Origin: Haliotis rubra
Taxonomy: Eukaryota
Direction: 5' to 3'
Assembly (NCBI RefSeq): GCF_003918875.1
Contig: NW_025767546.1
Coordinates: 1,550,001-1,614,000, forward strand
DNA length: 64,000 nt
Positions 1-11,546 of the stretch are shown here, in pieces. The position numbers and the translations under genes are program-made. Below the pieces are notes generated by a model. That model worked only from the letters and a program-made list of their open reading frames with translations, was not told where the DNA came from and made no database searches. Each line of letters begins with the position of its first letter. Position 1 is the first letter of the stretch.

Positions 1-2999
1 AGCAGGAACAGAAGTAAGTGGACCTAATCCTGCTGCCACACTTCACCACATATAACAAGTCAGTAGTCAGGGCAAGTTTGGGCCTTTAGCCGGGCTGCGT
101 GTCATTTGAGTCGACATGATGGACCAGGTGGTTAGGCTTTGTGAGTGAGTGAGTGAGTTAAGTTTTACACCACTCTCAGCAATATTCCAGCTATATGGCG
201 GTGGTCTGTAAATAATGAGTCAAGACCAGACAATCCAGTGATCAACAGCATGAGCATCGATCTGTGCAATTGGGATACGATGCCATGTGTAAACCAAGTC
301 AGCAGTCCTGACCAGCCGATCCCGTTAGGTGCTTCTTACGACAGGCATGGGTTACTGAAGGCCAATATTCTAACCTGGATCTTCACGGGTCTAGGGGTTG
401 TAACTTGGGTTATTGTGTGTTTCTGTGGTCTGTCTGCTTGTAAAAGAGTTGACAGTAATGGATCAGGCTTTATGCAGTGAATGTATGCATGTTATAGTGA
501 CCCTCTGTCTGGACCTGCCCCAATTAACCCCTCCCCGTGTTTTTGAGGTGTTTTTATTGTGTGGTTCATGTTGTATTTTGTACTCTGCAGGACACTCGAG
601 ATCTCGAAGGTCTCAAGCAAGGCAGACAGCAATCTGATCCCTGAAGTTGCGCAGGAGAAGAACCAGACGATGGTGAGGGAATGGGGAGGGTGTTTCTGAC
701 AGCTTAGTCACACACTGTCATGTGTTTTTAGTGACTCGCCTTTTTAGGGCATGTAATGTTTCCTCATTCATTGATTCCTGCAGTCAGATAATCAGTACTT
801 GGTTTCTGCTGCATGTTGCGAGAATATGGCTGGGTCAGTTTTAAGATGATTTAGTTTCAACATGAAATATAAAAAAACAAAAATGTTTATGTGAACTAGT
901 TTGTCCTGAATAATCAGGCTAGCTATTCTCGAAACGTTCGTAGCCCTACAAACTTCTTAAGCCCATTCTTAACACATTGGCTAGGAATGCTTAGGGTATG
1001 AACGTTTCGAGAATAAGGGCCGAGATCGTATAAAGCACCAAGTGATTGTGTTGTATTCCTGTTCTGCAGATGGATAAGTTCCTGTCAGGGTTTGGTATTG
1101 CTGGTCTGATGGGTGGTTCCCAACAGACGGAGTCCACTGGCGGACCTGCACCGGTGGCTGCCTCCTCTACACCCAGGCCCACGGCCCAGCCAACAGGGAC
1201 TGCTAAGGTAACAGTTTACATTACTGTATTGTCATAGATCATCGGTTGTCAAGACATAAAGGATAACCTGATTTATCCACTTGGAAACTTGTACAGCTGT
1301 GACAAATGCTTGTGTGTTGATATTAAATCCTACCTTTGATCTGAGACCCCCCATGTTGTTGTTTTCAGTGATGAATGTTTTCTTGTTCTGGTTTTCCCAG
1401 TGTGTTTAGTAGCAGGTGATTGTGCCCCAACAGTTGTCGTTCATGATGAACCGATGTTTGTCCTGCCCAAATTAGTCCAGGCTGCTGGAATATATCAGAC
1501 TGCAGAGTAAAGGGACAGTCACTCATCCAGTTTGCCACAGTCACTTCTGTGAAACTTTAGTGTCTGTTATGCTTATGACTGACTGACTGAGTTTAGTTTT
1601 ACGCCGCTTTTAGCAATATTCCAGCAATATCACGGCGGGGGACACCAGAAATGGGCTTAACACATTGTGCCCAAGTGGGGAATCGAACCCGGGCCTTCGG
1701 TGTGACGAGCCAACGCTTTAACCACTAGGCTACCCCACCGCCCCTTATGCTTATGATGTGCCATATCTTGATATGTGGCCTATTGGCTAATGTGCTGTGC
1801 AGAGTTGGTCTTTCCAGAAACCTATGATTGAGGGTTCAGATCCCAGTTCACCCTTATTGTGTTTCTGTTTGTCCATGCCATCAATTTGATTTCCTAAATG
1901 TGGGCACAGTGGGGTAGCCTAGTGGTTAAAGTGTTTGCTCCTCATGCTGAAGGCCCAGATTCGATTCCCCACATGGGTACATGTGTGAAGCCTATTTCTG
2001 GTGTCACTCTCCTAAATAATACTGACATAAATAACTATACTGACATACTGTTCAAAGTAGTTTTATACCAAACTTACTTGTATCCAGACAGCTTGGATTG
2101 TTCATACTCTTTCAACAGTCAGCTTTTCTAATCTCAACTTGCTTATATATACAGGTTGATGTGAAAGCTGAAGTATTGTTAAACAACATTCACTCATAAT
2201 GTTTCAGGTGTCGTTGTCCTTGGAGGAGAAACAGAGATTAGCCCGACAACAAGAACAGGAACAGAAACTGAAAGTTCAGCGACCTCTCTCGGCACAAAAC
2301 ACACAGAATAAACCAAAGACCAACGACAAGGTGAAAGACCTGACTTCAACCTTGATGGACACAAACCTCAGGAACATGTCCACTACAACTCCCAAATCTC
2401 AGCCCATGTCCTCCATGGGGGGACAGTCCGGTCCTGTGATTGGAAGAGGGGGCATGTCCAGCTCGTATGGAGTGTCCAGCCCTCCATCAGTGGGCAGTGG
2501 GGGATATGCTGGGATGAACACTGGGGGCAGTTTCGCAGGAATGAACAACAATAGTTCTGGTTTCGGAGTGGTGAACAATTCTCCTGGATTTGGGGGATCT
2601 GGCTCCATGAACACGGGAGGCGGGAACAAACCCAAAATGGACATGTCTGCTTTTGATTCCTTGTTACCCAGCTCAAATCAGCCAAGGAAGTCCATGAATG
2701 AAATGGCCCAAACTAGAACTGCTGGGATGCCTGGTCAACAAGGCATGATGGGTGGGCAGAGGATGGGGATGGGGGGTAACGTGGGCATGATGGGGAACCA
2801 GGGGATGATGGGCAGCCCTGGAATGATGGGATACCAGCAGAATATGAACGGAGGTTTCGGACAGATGAGTAACCAGATGAACTTTGGGGGCATGGGGAAC
2901 ACTGGATCCATGCCCATGTCCAATTCCAGTATGCTGACACCCCAATCTTCCAGTCAAATGAAACCTAGCGGGAATGACTTGGCTGATATTTTTGGCTGA
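1..2999 (+). CDS. SCYL2: SCY1-like protein 2 (CVAK104) orthologue, last four coding exons (5' part lies outside the window)
   Basis: Exons <1-13, 591-672, 1070-1207, 2208-2999, all GT-AG and phase-consistent (..QEQK|TLEISK..QTM|MDKFLSG..TAK|VSLSLEEKQRLARQQEQEQKLK..). LSLEEKQRLA..QEQ..KLK.Q.PL, VKDLTSTL, DMSAFDSL and the C-terminal NDLADIFG* match my recollection of the SCYL2 C-terminus. Confidence 0.9.
141..390 (-). mobile_element. SINE family B copy (core GCCTGTCGTAAGAAGCACCTAA-like; (TCAC)n tail)
   Basis: Reverse complement aligns by eye with copies at 13883-14062 and 34707-34918. Shares the 3' tail ATAGCTGGAATATTGCTGAG..G.GTAAAAC with family A. Confidence 0.8.
915..1021. mobile_element. 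Short palindromic MITE (TIR TATTCTCGAAACGTTCGTAGCCCTA)
   Basis: Inverted ends; a near-identical reverse copy lies at 22156-22264. Confidence 0.75.
1579..1744 (-). mobile_element. tRNA-derived SINE family A, full length
   Basis: A-box GGTAGCCTAGTGG and B-box GGTTCGATTCC on the minus strand; 12-bp TSD TTATGCTTATGA at 1567-1578 and 1745-1756. Confidence 0.9.
1902..2010 (+). mobile_element. SINE family A, diverged 5' part
   Basis: GGGGTAGCCTAGTGGTTAAAG...GATTCGATTCCCCACATGGGTAC. Confidence 0.75.
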
Positions 3000-4958
3000 A
3001 TTGCATGTTTTAATAGTTACCGTTGTTACAATGGTTTATTCTCCTAAAGAGACAAACAAGTTGGCTTTGGAGATTGTGTCACAGTCGGACAAGTGAAAAT
3101 GACAAATTCAAACATCGTTCTAATCTCTTGCTCAAAACATGTCCCTTGAAGTAAAATTTGACAAGCCAAGTACTTAATGTGGTATTGCTGTGTAAAACTT
3201 TTGAAGCTGCAGCAATATATCAACGTGTGTAGCAAATTTCCTACAAGACACAGCAAGGACACTCGTCATCAAGTCATCATTAATGTCATGTGAATGTAGT
3301 TGAGGTCATGTATCAGCCTGACCAATTGTGCAATATGTTTGAGAGATGCTCATGCTTGTACTTACATTAGTGATTGGGTGGAGGTACCACAGTTTTAGGA
3401 TCAGAGTATATCCAGGAGTCCAATCTCCTTCTGCCAACTCAGCAGCTCAGGACAATAATCTTCCAAAATGATTTATCATAGAAGTTTCCTGTTTGTATGT
3501 GTGAAGTAGGGATGCCTTGTGGATTCTGGATGAGGAGAGTCCCCAATACTCCATGCTTGTGATGGTGCCAATTAACATGATGACAATCTGCCATGGTATT
3601 GCTGGAATATTACTGACCGGCATTAACTTGCTTTCAGTTGGCGCTGGAGCAGTGCTATAGATAAGGACATTATAGTCATAAGTTGAAATCATTATTCGTC
3701 TTTGACTAAATGGCAAACTGTTCTCTAAAACGTTTACACTCAGAGATCAGAAGTAAAGATAGCTGAGTGCTGAGTTTGAAAAATAGAAATATACCCGCTG
3801 GAAAAAAACATTCCGCTCTGGCATTTACTGTATGTTCCTCCACGTGGCCCCAAATAGCATCCTCTATGTCTCCAGCATTCACATTTCAGTACACTAACAC
3901 CTGGATCCATTTTGTGGTTCTCACAATCTCACATTACATGCCCCTCATTTTCATTAATATTTTCCATCCAGTCAAACACTGAGATGAGGTAATGGATAAG
4001 GGAGGTAGCTTGTATTCACCAAGAACCAAACCAGACATTTTCTTCCTTCCAAAGAGTTGTAAGGCCTTCAGTGTTGGAAGTCTATCATGATTTTGATCAT
4101 TAGGGACTGGCCGCCGTTTGGTGGATATCACCAACCCAACATGGTTTGTAACTTGCATTCCGATTGGTTCATTGACTGAGCAGCACTGCAAACCAAATTT
4201 GCTGAAATAGATTGAGTGAAGGTAATTTGAAATCATGAGAAGCCCAGGAATGGATCCAGGGGTTAGTGTTCATTTACTGAAATGGGAGCTCAGAAGATAT
4301 GCATGATGGCCAAGCCAAGGGTCAGATCATACAATGTAATGAAGCAGAGAAGGCAGTGACAGGAAAGAAAATGTTTGCCATGAAACAGCCACACATCATG
4401 CCATTACCTGTCACAAAGGTGAATGTGTTTCATCAGAAAATACAATTAAGTGTGTAGAGGGTCGTTTTCAGGCCAGGATTTGTCCAACTAGCAAGTCAAT
4501 TCAAATAATCTGTTTTACTCAATATTTTGTTTCCTGGCAGTGAATGTTAAATGCCTATTTACGTATCAAGTAATTGTTTTCATATTTTCACTAGTCCACA
4601 AAACTTATCTGCTACAGAGCTGCTGTATACATAATGGTAGAGTGGTAGTGCTCAGGGCGTTCTCCTGCCTGATGTTCACTATGGTTTGTCAGAGATATCA
4701 TCTCAGGGCATGTATGAAACAGACATTAACTGGAAATGGTTGCCTGACTGTGGAACCCCTTGGTAATGATTCTACGAACATATTATTTACTGGGTCCTGT
4801 CTGTAATATCTGTTATGTGTTTCAGGTTGGTTTCTGTACATGCTGCAGTATATATGGTCAACTGTACTATAAGTGCACTGTATTCTTGATACGTTCTTTC
4901 CATCACTATATACATGTGCTTTGATTCTGTAAATCTGTGGGTTCATTGTTATGGTACA

Positions 4959-5454
4959 CAGAGATGCCAACCTCTACGATTTTATCGTAGTCGCTATGAA
5001 TTTTAACCTCAAACTACGCCAATACGATTGCACTAGAAATTCTACGAAGTTTGAAGAAAAATCATTAAAATTCGGATATATAGACAAATTAAATACATTC
5101 GTCAATTAAATACATTTTTGGACTTTACTTACCTTCCATCCATCAAATTTAATGACATATTTGAACTGGAATCATTGCAAGTAACAAATGTAATTTTAGC
5201 AAAATTGTCTGTCAGAAATCTGAAGCTGATTTCAATACCTTGCGATTTGACCCACTTATTGTGTACCGGCGGAAAATGACAATTCTATAGGAATGATTTA
5301 ACCGTTCCTTCCATTTGATTATACGAAACCGGTATGTGAAATTAAAGCTTCACTCTTGATTTTAAGTATTTAGATGACTACTAATGTTACGGTCAAACTA
5401 CTAATTTAGATCCTTGACACTACTATTTGCAACACTTTGGGGTTGGCATCTCTG
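4959..5454. mobile_element. Non-autonomous TIR DNA transposon (TIR CAGAGATGCCAACC) with a 6-bp TSD
   Basis: CAGAGATGCCAACC at 4959 and GGTTGGCATCTCTG ending at 5454; GGTACA duplicated at 4953-4958 and 5455-5460. Confidence 0.8.
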
Positions 5455-7371
5455 GGTACATGGATGCTGGGAAACTAATCAAGCAGTGCCTCTTAAGCAC
5501 GGCTTACATTAGGTTAAAGACACTCTATTTAAATATATGCTGTTGTTGTATTTGTTGTGTTTTTCAAGCACACATAAGATGCTTTAATACACATAGCTTC
5601 GGGTGCCATAGGTCTAAGACTATTTATTTAATGACTGAAATCTGAAGTTCTGGTTAAAGTTATGAAGTTGGGTTTCTTTAAACAGTAAAACTTCTATAAA
5701 TATGTACAGAGATTGGTGTTATTGTAAATAAGACATACATCTACTTTATTTTAAACAGACATGATTACCATGATGTTATTAACATTCCCATATAGATGTA
5801 AACATAAATATTACCGCTTTTGTTCCTATATACATGTAAACATAAATATTACGGCTTTTGTTCCTTTAAACATGTAAAAATAGATATTACGGCTTTTATG
5901 GTAATACATTTGGAGTAACTGGAAAGGCTCCATCTTTGATGGCGTGCATCTAATGTTACTTTGTGTGGATTCATGGTTAGAGTATGCCTGAGGTAACATT
6001 GTGGCGCTAGGCGACATACTGGATTGGGTGGTCAGGTTCATTGACTTGGTTACATTTCACCAAACCGTGGTAGGATGGGAAATTGTGGATAATATCAATC
6101 ACTGGTTTGTATGGCCCATAATATTTACAGTTTACAGATATATTGCGGAAATATCTCTACACATCAAGCGTGTTATACAACAAACATAGCTGTATAATTT
6201 TGTTTGTTATATTATATCATAAACTATTGGCAATCACGCACAATTTTCAAATGACTTACACATTTTGGGGCGAGTTAAGGTTTTGGATAATTTGCATCTG
6301 ATATAATATCTTTATTCGTGTAAGTACTGTTAAAGCAGTCATATTTCTTCATGTTATGAAAATATTGTCATCAAAAGTTATGTTGATAGTAGCATTATGT
6401 TTTTTACCAGAAATGATAAGACATACGGTTACTTTCAGTTATCAGTTTAGGATTGGAACAATTCATTCTTTGATATTAACCACGAACAGCAAGGATGTTC
6501 CCCTCTTTAGCTCACCTGACTAAAACGTGGGATGAGATTGTGTCAAGGCCTGTTTGTTTGTTGTCAGACATGCATCATACACATCTTCTCCTCAGAGACC
6601 ACAAGACCATTGAAACTGAAATTTGTACAAAGTTATCCCCTTCAGTGATTTGTCGGAAAATTTGGGATTTTTTACCATGCTTTTGTTTTCCTTCAGAATG
6701 CATATTTGACTGTGTAAATGTCTTCTCTGAAACTGCAAGACAGGAGGAGCTGCACCATTGCATGTATATGTGTCTTCTTGATGCCGCCATATTTTGTTGA
6801 AATTATTAGATGCTGTGGTAGTTTTTTGTCTCAATATTTTGGCAGATAATATTTGAATTTCAGTGCTGACAGCATATTTTGTTAAGTGGCTATCTTTGCT
6901 GACATTTACTGCTGTTAACTATTTATCCAGGTGAGCTACAGTTAGTGACACTATTTGTTTCAGTTAGTATCAGACTTCAACATTGTAACATTTATCTTTC
7001 TGTGAATAACATTATGTATGACTTGGGATCTCTGTACTGGTGGGATAGCATCTTTATGGAGTTGTACTTGGGTGTAATTGTATTTATTGTTTGACATAAT
7101 ATCATGGGGTGTTAAGCTTGTTCCATTCCAAGTGCTCTGTTTACAATGTATTCTTGTTTTATGATATCCGTGATATTTGATGACAGCAGGCTGTGATTCT
7201 CCTTGTTCCATACATGCAGGAATATAATGTATAAACATGGCAGTGGTATTTGTCTTTGTTTGTGAGGATGAACACATCTGGGTTCAGGGCCAGAATAAGT
7301 CCTTGGTGCCTTTTGTTTGTCTTTGGAGCTGTCTAAACAGGTGGCTGTGAGACTCTGACATTGTGGACAAC

Positions 7372-7880
7372 GTCATTTCAGACTTTCCCTGCATCATTTC
7401 AGACTTTCCCAGTATCACATCAGATTTTCCCTGCATCAGTTCAGACTTCCCAGCATCACATCAGACTTTCCCTGCATCAGACTGGCCCTGCATCATTTCA
7501 GACTTCCCAGCATCACATCAGACTTTCCCTGCATCAGACTTGCCCTGCATCATTTCAGACTGTCCCAGTGTCACATCAGACTTTCCCAGTATCACATCAG
7601 ACTTTCTCTGCATCATTTCAGACTTTAGCAGCATCACTTCAGACTTGCCCTGCATGATTTCAGACTTTCCCAGTGTCACATCAGACTTTCCCAGTATCAC
7701 ATCAGACTTTCTCTGCATCATTTCAGTCTGCATCATTTCAGACTTTAGCAGCATCACTTCAGACTTTGCCCTGCATGATTTCAGACTTTCCCAGTGTCAC
7801 ATCAGACTTTCCCAGCATCACATCAGACTTTCTTTGCATCATTTCAGACTTTCCTTGCATTACAACAGACTTTCCCTGTT
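7372..7880. repeat. Degenerate ~21-bp minisatellite (CATCAGACTTTCCCAGTATCA variants)
   Basis: Direct tandem repeats; explains the low-complexity ORFs at 7361-7923. Confidence 0.9.
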
Positions 7881-7904
7881 TAACACAACCTACTCATCTG
7901 TTAA

Positions 7905-8020
7905 GGGTGCAGGGGTAGCTTAGTGGATGCAAGGCAGGCTTATCGTTGTGAAAACCTGGGTTGAATCCCAGTGTCATAGTTGGGGGAAGCCAATTACAGG
8001 TGTCCCATCTTGATATTGTG
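7905..8020 (+). mobile_element. SINE family A, highly diverged
   Basis: GGGGTAGCTTAGTGG...GGGTTGAATCCC remnants of the A and B boxes. Confidence 0.5.
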
Positions 8021-8176
8021 GACACCCAATTCACTTGTCTCTTAATACATGTACACTGAATAGTATCTGTTCTTAAAATCGTTCACATGTAATGACACAT
8101 ATGATTGCATTCTTTTATTTTCATTAGTCAGGCAGGACAGTTTTTGATAAATGAAAATTGATTTTACTTTCATTTT

Positions 8177-10107
8177 TCACCATGGTATTACTTCACCGTA
8201 ATTTGAGTGAAGCAGACCAACAGATCTTTCATTGAAGGATGCAAACGTTCTCAAAAGGTTTGATACGCAGTCCTCAACACAGATTGGAGCATCCGAACCA
8301 CCCATATTTGTCTTAACATGACCAGGGTTCACAGCGGCCACTAAAATACCATCATTACAGAGTTCTCTCCCCATGATGTTCGTTGCCATGGTGAGGGCAG
8401 CCTTGGAGCAGATGTAGCTGTACCAAGGATGTTTCATATTCTTGATACAGAACGACATGGAACTGAGTCCTGAAGACACATTGATGATGGCCGCCCGGTT
8501 ACAACTGAGGTGGGACAAGCTTTTGTTGGCAGCCTTCAGTAGAAGCGGGAGGAGACTCTTGGACACCATCATTGGTCCTGCAAGAAAACCTATATGATAA
8601 ACACAGAGGATACTTTCAATAAGAAAACTTCAAGAAATTAGTCTTGCCCAATACCGTTTTGTTAAGACCAACATATAAACTAACTTTCAAGTACTGCAGA
8701 AATATCACAGAGGTTCAGGGCCAAATTTGTTTGGTTTACCACTTTGGAGACCAAACATCCAGGTCGGTAGGTCAAAACAAGTAAAATGGTAATAGTTTCC
8801 TTACGATTCGTCATAATTCGTTCCGTTTTGAAGTATTTTAGATAAATGTTCAACAAGTTTTAATTACAGTATCTTCAATGATTTATTTATGTTGATACCG
8901 ACAAATACGTTTATAAACATTTGACATATTTCTGGTCCGTGGAAAAAAGATCAACATGTTGTTTTCACGTTTCAGTATTTGGAAGAGCGCGGAAACGTAT
9001 CAAATTGTTTTGGTCGTAGTGAGAGAGTATGGTTTAACCCCGCTTTTAGCAATATTCAAGCAATATCACGGCGGGGGACATCAGAAATGGGCTTCACACA
9101 TTGTACCCGTGTGGGGCATTGAACCCGGGCCTTCGGCGTGACGAGCGAACGCTGTAACCATTAGGCTAACCCACCGACCCGTTTGGGTCTGAAGTTCGAA
9201 GTAGGTTTGCTATCTGTAAAACATCTTAAGGTGCCTTTAATCTCTCTGTGATGTTTCTGCAGTGCTACAATGCACTGTGTGAAGTTTTGTCCCTTAGGCG
9301 TGCCAGGATGCTATGATGAGCGGTTGTATTCCCAGATTACCCCCTGATAATGATCGGAATAGCCAAATGGGTACCGTGCGTGTCATATATCTACAAAACT
9401 CCCGACGTTCCTACGTTGTGCCAGGGATACTCTACAACAGAGTCTACAGTTATAGAGTCTCCCTGGTTGTGCAGACGCCCAGTGAAATAACTGAACTCTG
9501 TTTTATTGGCGTAAAATAAAACTCGCTAACTTTACATTTAGTTTAACTTCTAAAGGCACACCTTTTTAATCTGCACAACGCTAATAGAAGTCATACAAGT
9601 CCAGATCAAAGGTTAGTTAGATAACTGATAATTATGCTTGGTGTATTAATTTGTATTGGCAGAAGTGTCAAGATTTTAAAGAATTCCGGGAGTCGGTCTA
9701 CCAGTGCGATTAACTTCCACATTAAATTAGTGCATACCAGCCGTGTTGCAGTCGAAGTGACCCACGAGATCGTCCCTCGTCACGTCCCTCACACCGGACA
9801 CCTTGGACAATATGGCGGCGTTGTTGATGAGCAGATTCAGCCCCTCCTCTCCCAGCACCTGCTCGGCAGTGACAACCGCCTCCTTGATATCCTGGTCACT
9901 CGTGATGTCCAACTTGACCACGACAACTTCTGGGTGGGCAGCCGCTATGTCTTGAAGCTGACGCGCCTCGTCGCTGCTGGGGTCTCTGCACGAAGCTAGA
10001 AGATGCTGTGGACGATGGGACAGATTCACCAGCTGTCTGACTAGTTCCAGGCCGATACCGCTGGAACTTCCTGTTATAAACACTGACCGGGGGCTCAACG
10101 TGGCCAT
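8177..10107 (-). CDS. Classical short-chain dehydrogenase/reductase, C-factor (CsgA)/sniffer-like carbonyl reductase, 256 aa
   Basis: Exons 10107-9738 and 8577-8177 (771 nt, in frame, junction NTA|GPMM). Motifs TGSSSGIG, LLINNAA, INVSS, catalytic YICSK, VNPGHVKTNMGG and terminal GEVIPW*. Confidence 0.92.
9018..9180 (-). mobile_element. SINE family A in the SDR intron
   Basis: Same consensus as 1579-1744. Confidence 0.85.
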
Positions 10108-10754
10108 CGGATTTCTGAAAACTGATGTCAGCTTCAGGAGAGTTACATGCAATAGTCTCTAAAGTGATGGGTGATTACCTTCGAATATCCAGTATAATTG
10201 CTTTTCAATTCTATTAAGTTTAAGAGAATAGACAACAATGTGCGAGTATGTGAGTATGCGTGCGTGCGTGCATGTAACTATCCGGTCCCAATATTTTAAA
10301 CAGAATAGAAACGATGTGATGCCGTTTATGTTGACGAGCATAGGATTTTTTGTGACACCACACAAGGAAACGTCACCACATTTCTTAGATATACAGCCAA
10401 TGAGAGAACATGTCCGTTGTGTGATTCGACGGACTTTAGGTGTGTTACGTTTGCAGTCATTGAAGATGAACAATGCATTCTCTGAGAAGACATCGGGCTA
10501 GTAGTGTCCTTCAGGAACCGGAGATGCAATATAACAGGGGTTAAAAACAACTGAAAACAATAACCTTTGGTTTCTAAAGGAAACTTGAAAACAATTTAAA
10601 TAAGAATCTGCTCTAATCTTCGCTACTTGAAAAAGAATCACTAATATTGCAATTATGACTTATTGAAGATAGCCACAAGTGTGCTGATACCCATAATGTG
10701 GAAATAAAAGTATTCCGGGGATAACGTGATATATTTCGTCTTGTCAAAAGTCCT

Positions 10755-10800
10755 TTTCTACACAAGATGTTTCGCCGCTCAACGGCTCTTCAGCATTGTT
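10755..10800 (-). ncRNA. Degenerate minimal hammerhead-ribozyme-like motif (Penelope type)
   Basis: Minus strand reads CTGAAGA-GCCG(TTGAG)CGGC-GAAA-CATCTT. An inverted, more decayed partner lies at 11245-11292. Stem I pairing is poor. Confidence 0.4.
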
Positions 10801-10808
10801 CAGGTATG

Positions 10809-10976
10809 CGAGTGAGTGAGTATTGGTTTTACGCCGCTTTTAGCAATATTCCTGTAACATCACGACGGGGGACACCAGAAATGGGCTTCACACAGCTGTA
10901 CCCATGTGGGGAATCGAACCCGAGTCTTCGGCGTGAGGAGCGAACGCTTTAACCACTAGGCGACCCCTACCGCCCA
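10809..10976 (-). mobile_element. SINE family A
   Basis: Full length; TSD TTCAGGTATG at 10799-10808 and 10978-10987. Confidence 0.88.
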
Positions 10977-10994
10977 CTTCAGGTATGTACCACA

Positions 10995-11236
10995 GGAGCT
11001 TGTATTGCAGAAAATACGTCCTTGGTCCAACACTCGTTCACTGATAGCCGTCTACATATTAAAAATGTACTTTTTTAAAATATGTAGATGGCAATCAGTG
11101 ATCGAGTGTTGGACCTAGGACATATTATTTTCAGCAATACAAGCCATTCGTAACTATTCGTGTCATTCCGGCAAGCCGGATGGCTTCTTGTAGGTCACGG
11201 AAAGAGGCGAGTAGTTACGAATGCAATACAAGCCCC
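10995..11236. mobile_element. Composite fold-back MITE (ends GGRGCTTGTATTGC)
   Basis: Long hairpin 10998-11144, second hairpin 11146-11222, terminal inverted GCAATACAAGCCCC. Confidence 0.65.
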
Positions 11237-11546
11237 CTGACCTGTGCAATGTACGCCGTTGAACGGCAAAAGATCTTGTGTAGATAAAGGAGCTTGCACC
11301 TGCTGCAATCACTTGTTTGTTTCATATGAATGGTGCACGAACATACAACATTAGTTCGTTGTGTGAGGTGAATTTTGCTGTACGATAGCATCTAACGAAT
11401 TTGAATTGAGGAACGTGACTCTAGAATACAAAGTTCAAAAACAAAATAAGTCCGGAAGTCATTTCGATGATGAAAGCGATTTCCAAACACATGGAAGGTT
11501 CCGAATGTCTCTGTGCAAGGGCAGGTAACTCTAAGTTATCGAGAAA

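Noticed and set aside
1579-1744. tRNA genes at the A/B-box motifs (also 9018, 10809, 26209, 27188, 32126, 32428, 56394)
   Set aside because: They are SINE heads followed by a shared body, tail and TSDs.
7361-7923. 186-aa ISDFP-repeat ORF
   Set aside because: Translation of a 21-bp minisatellite that is open in several frames, with no convincing splice or gene context.
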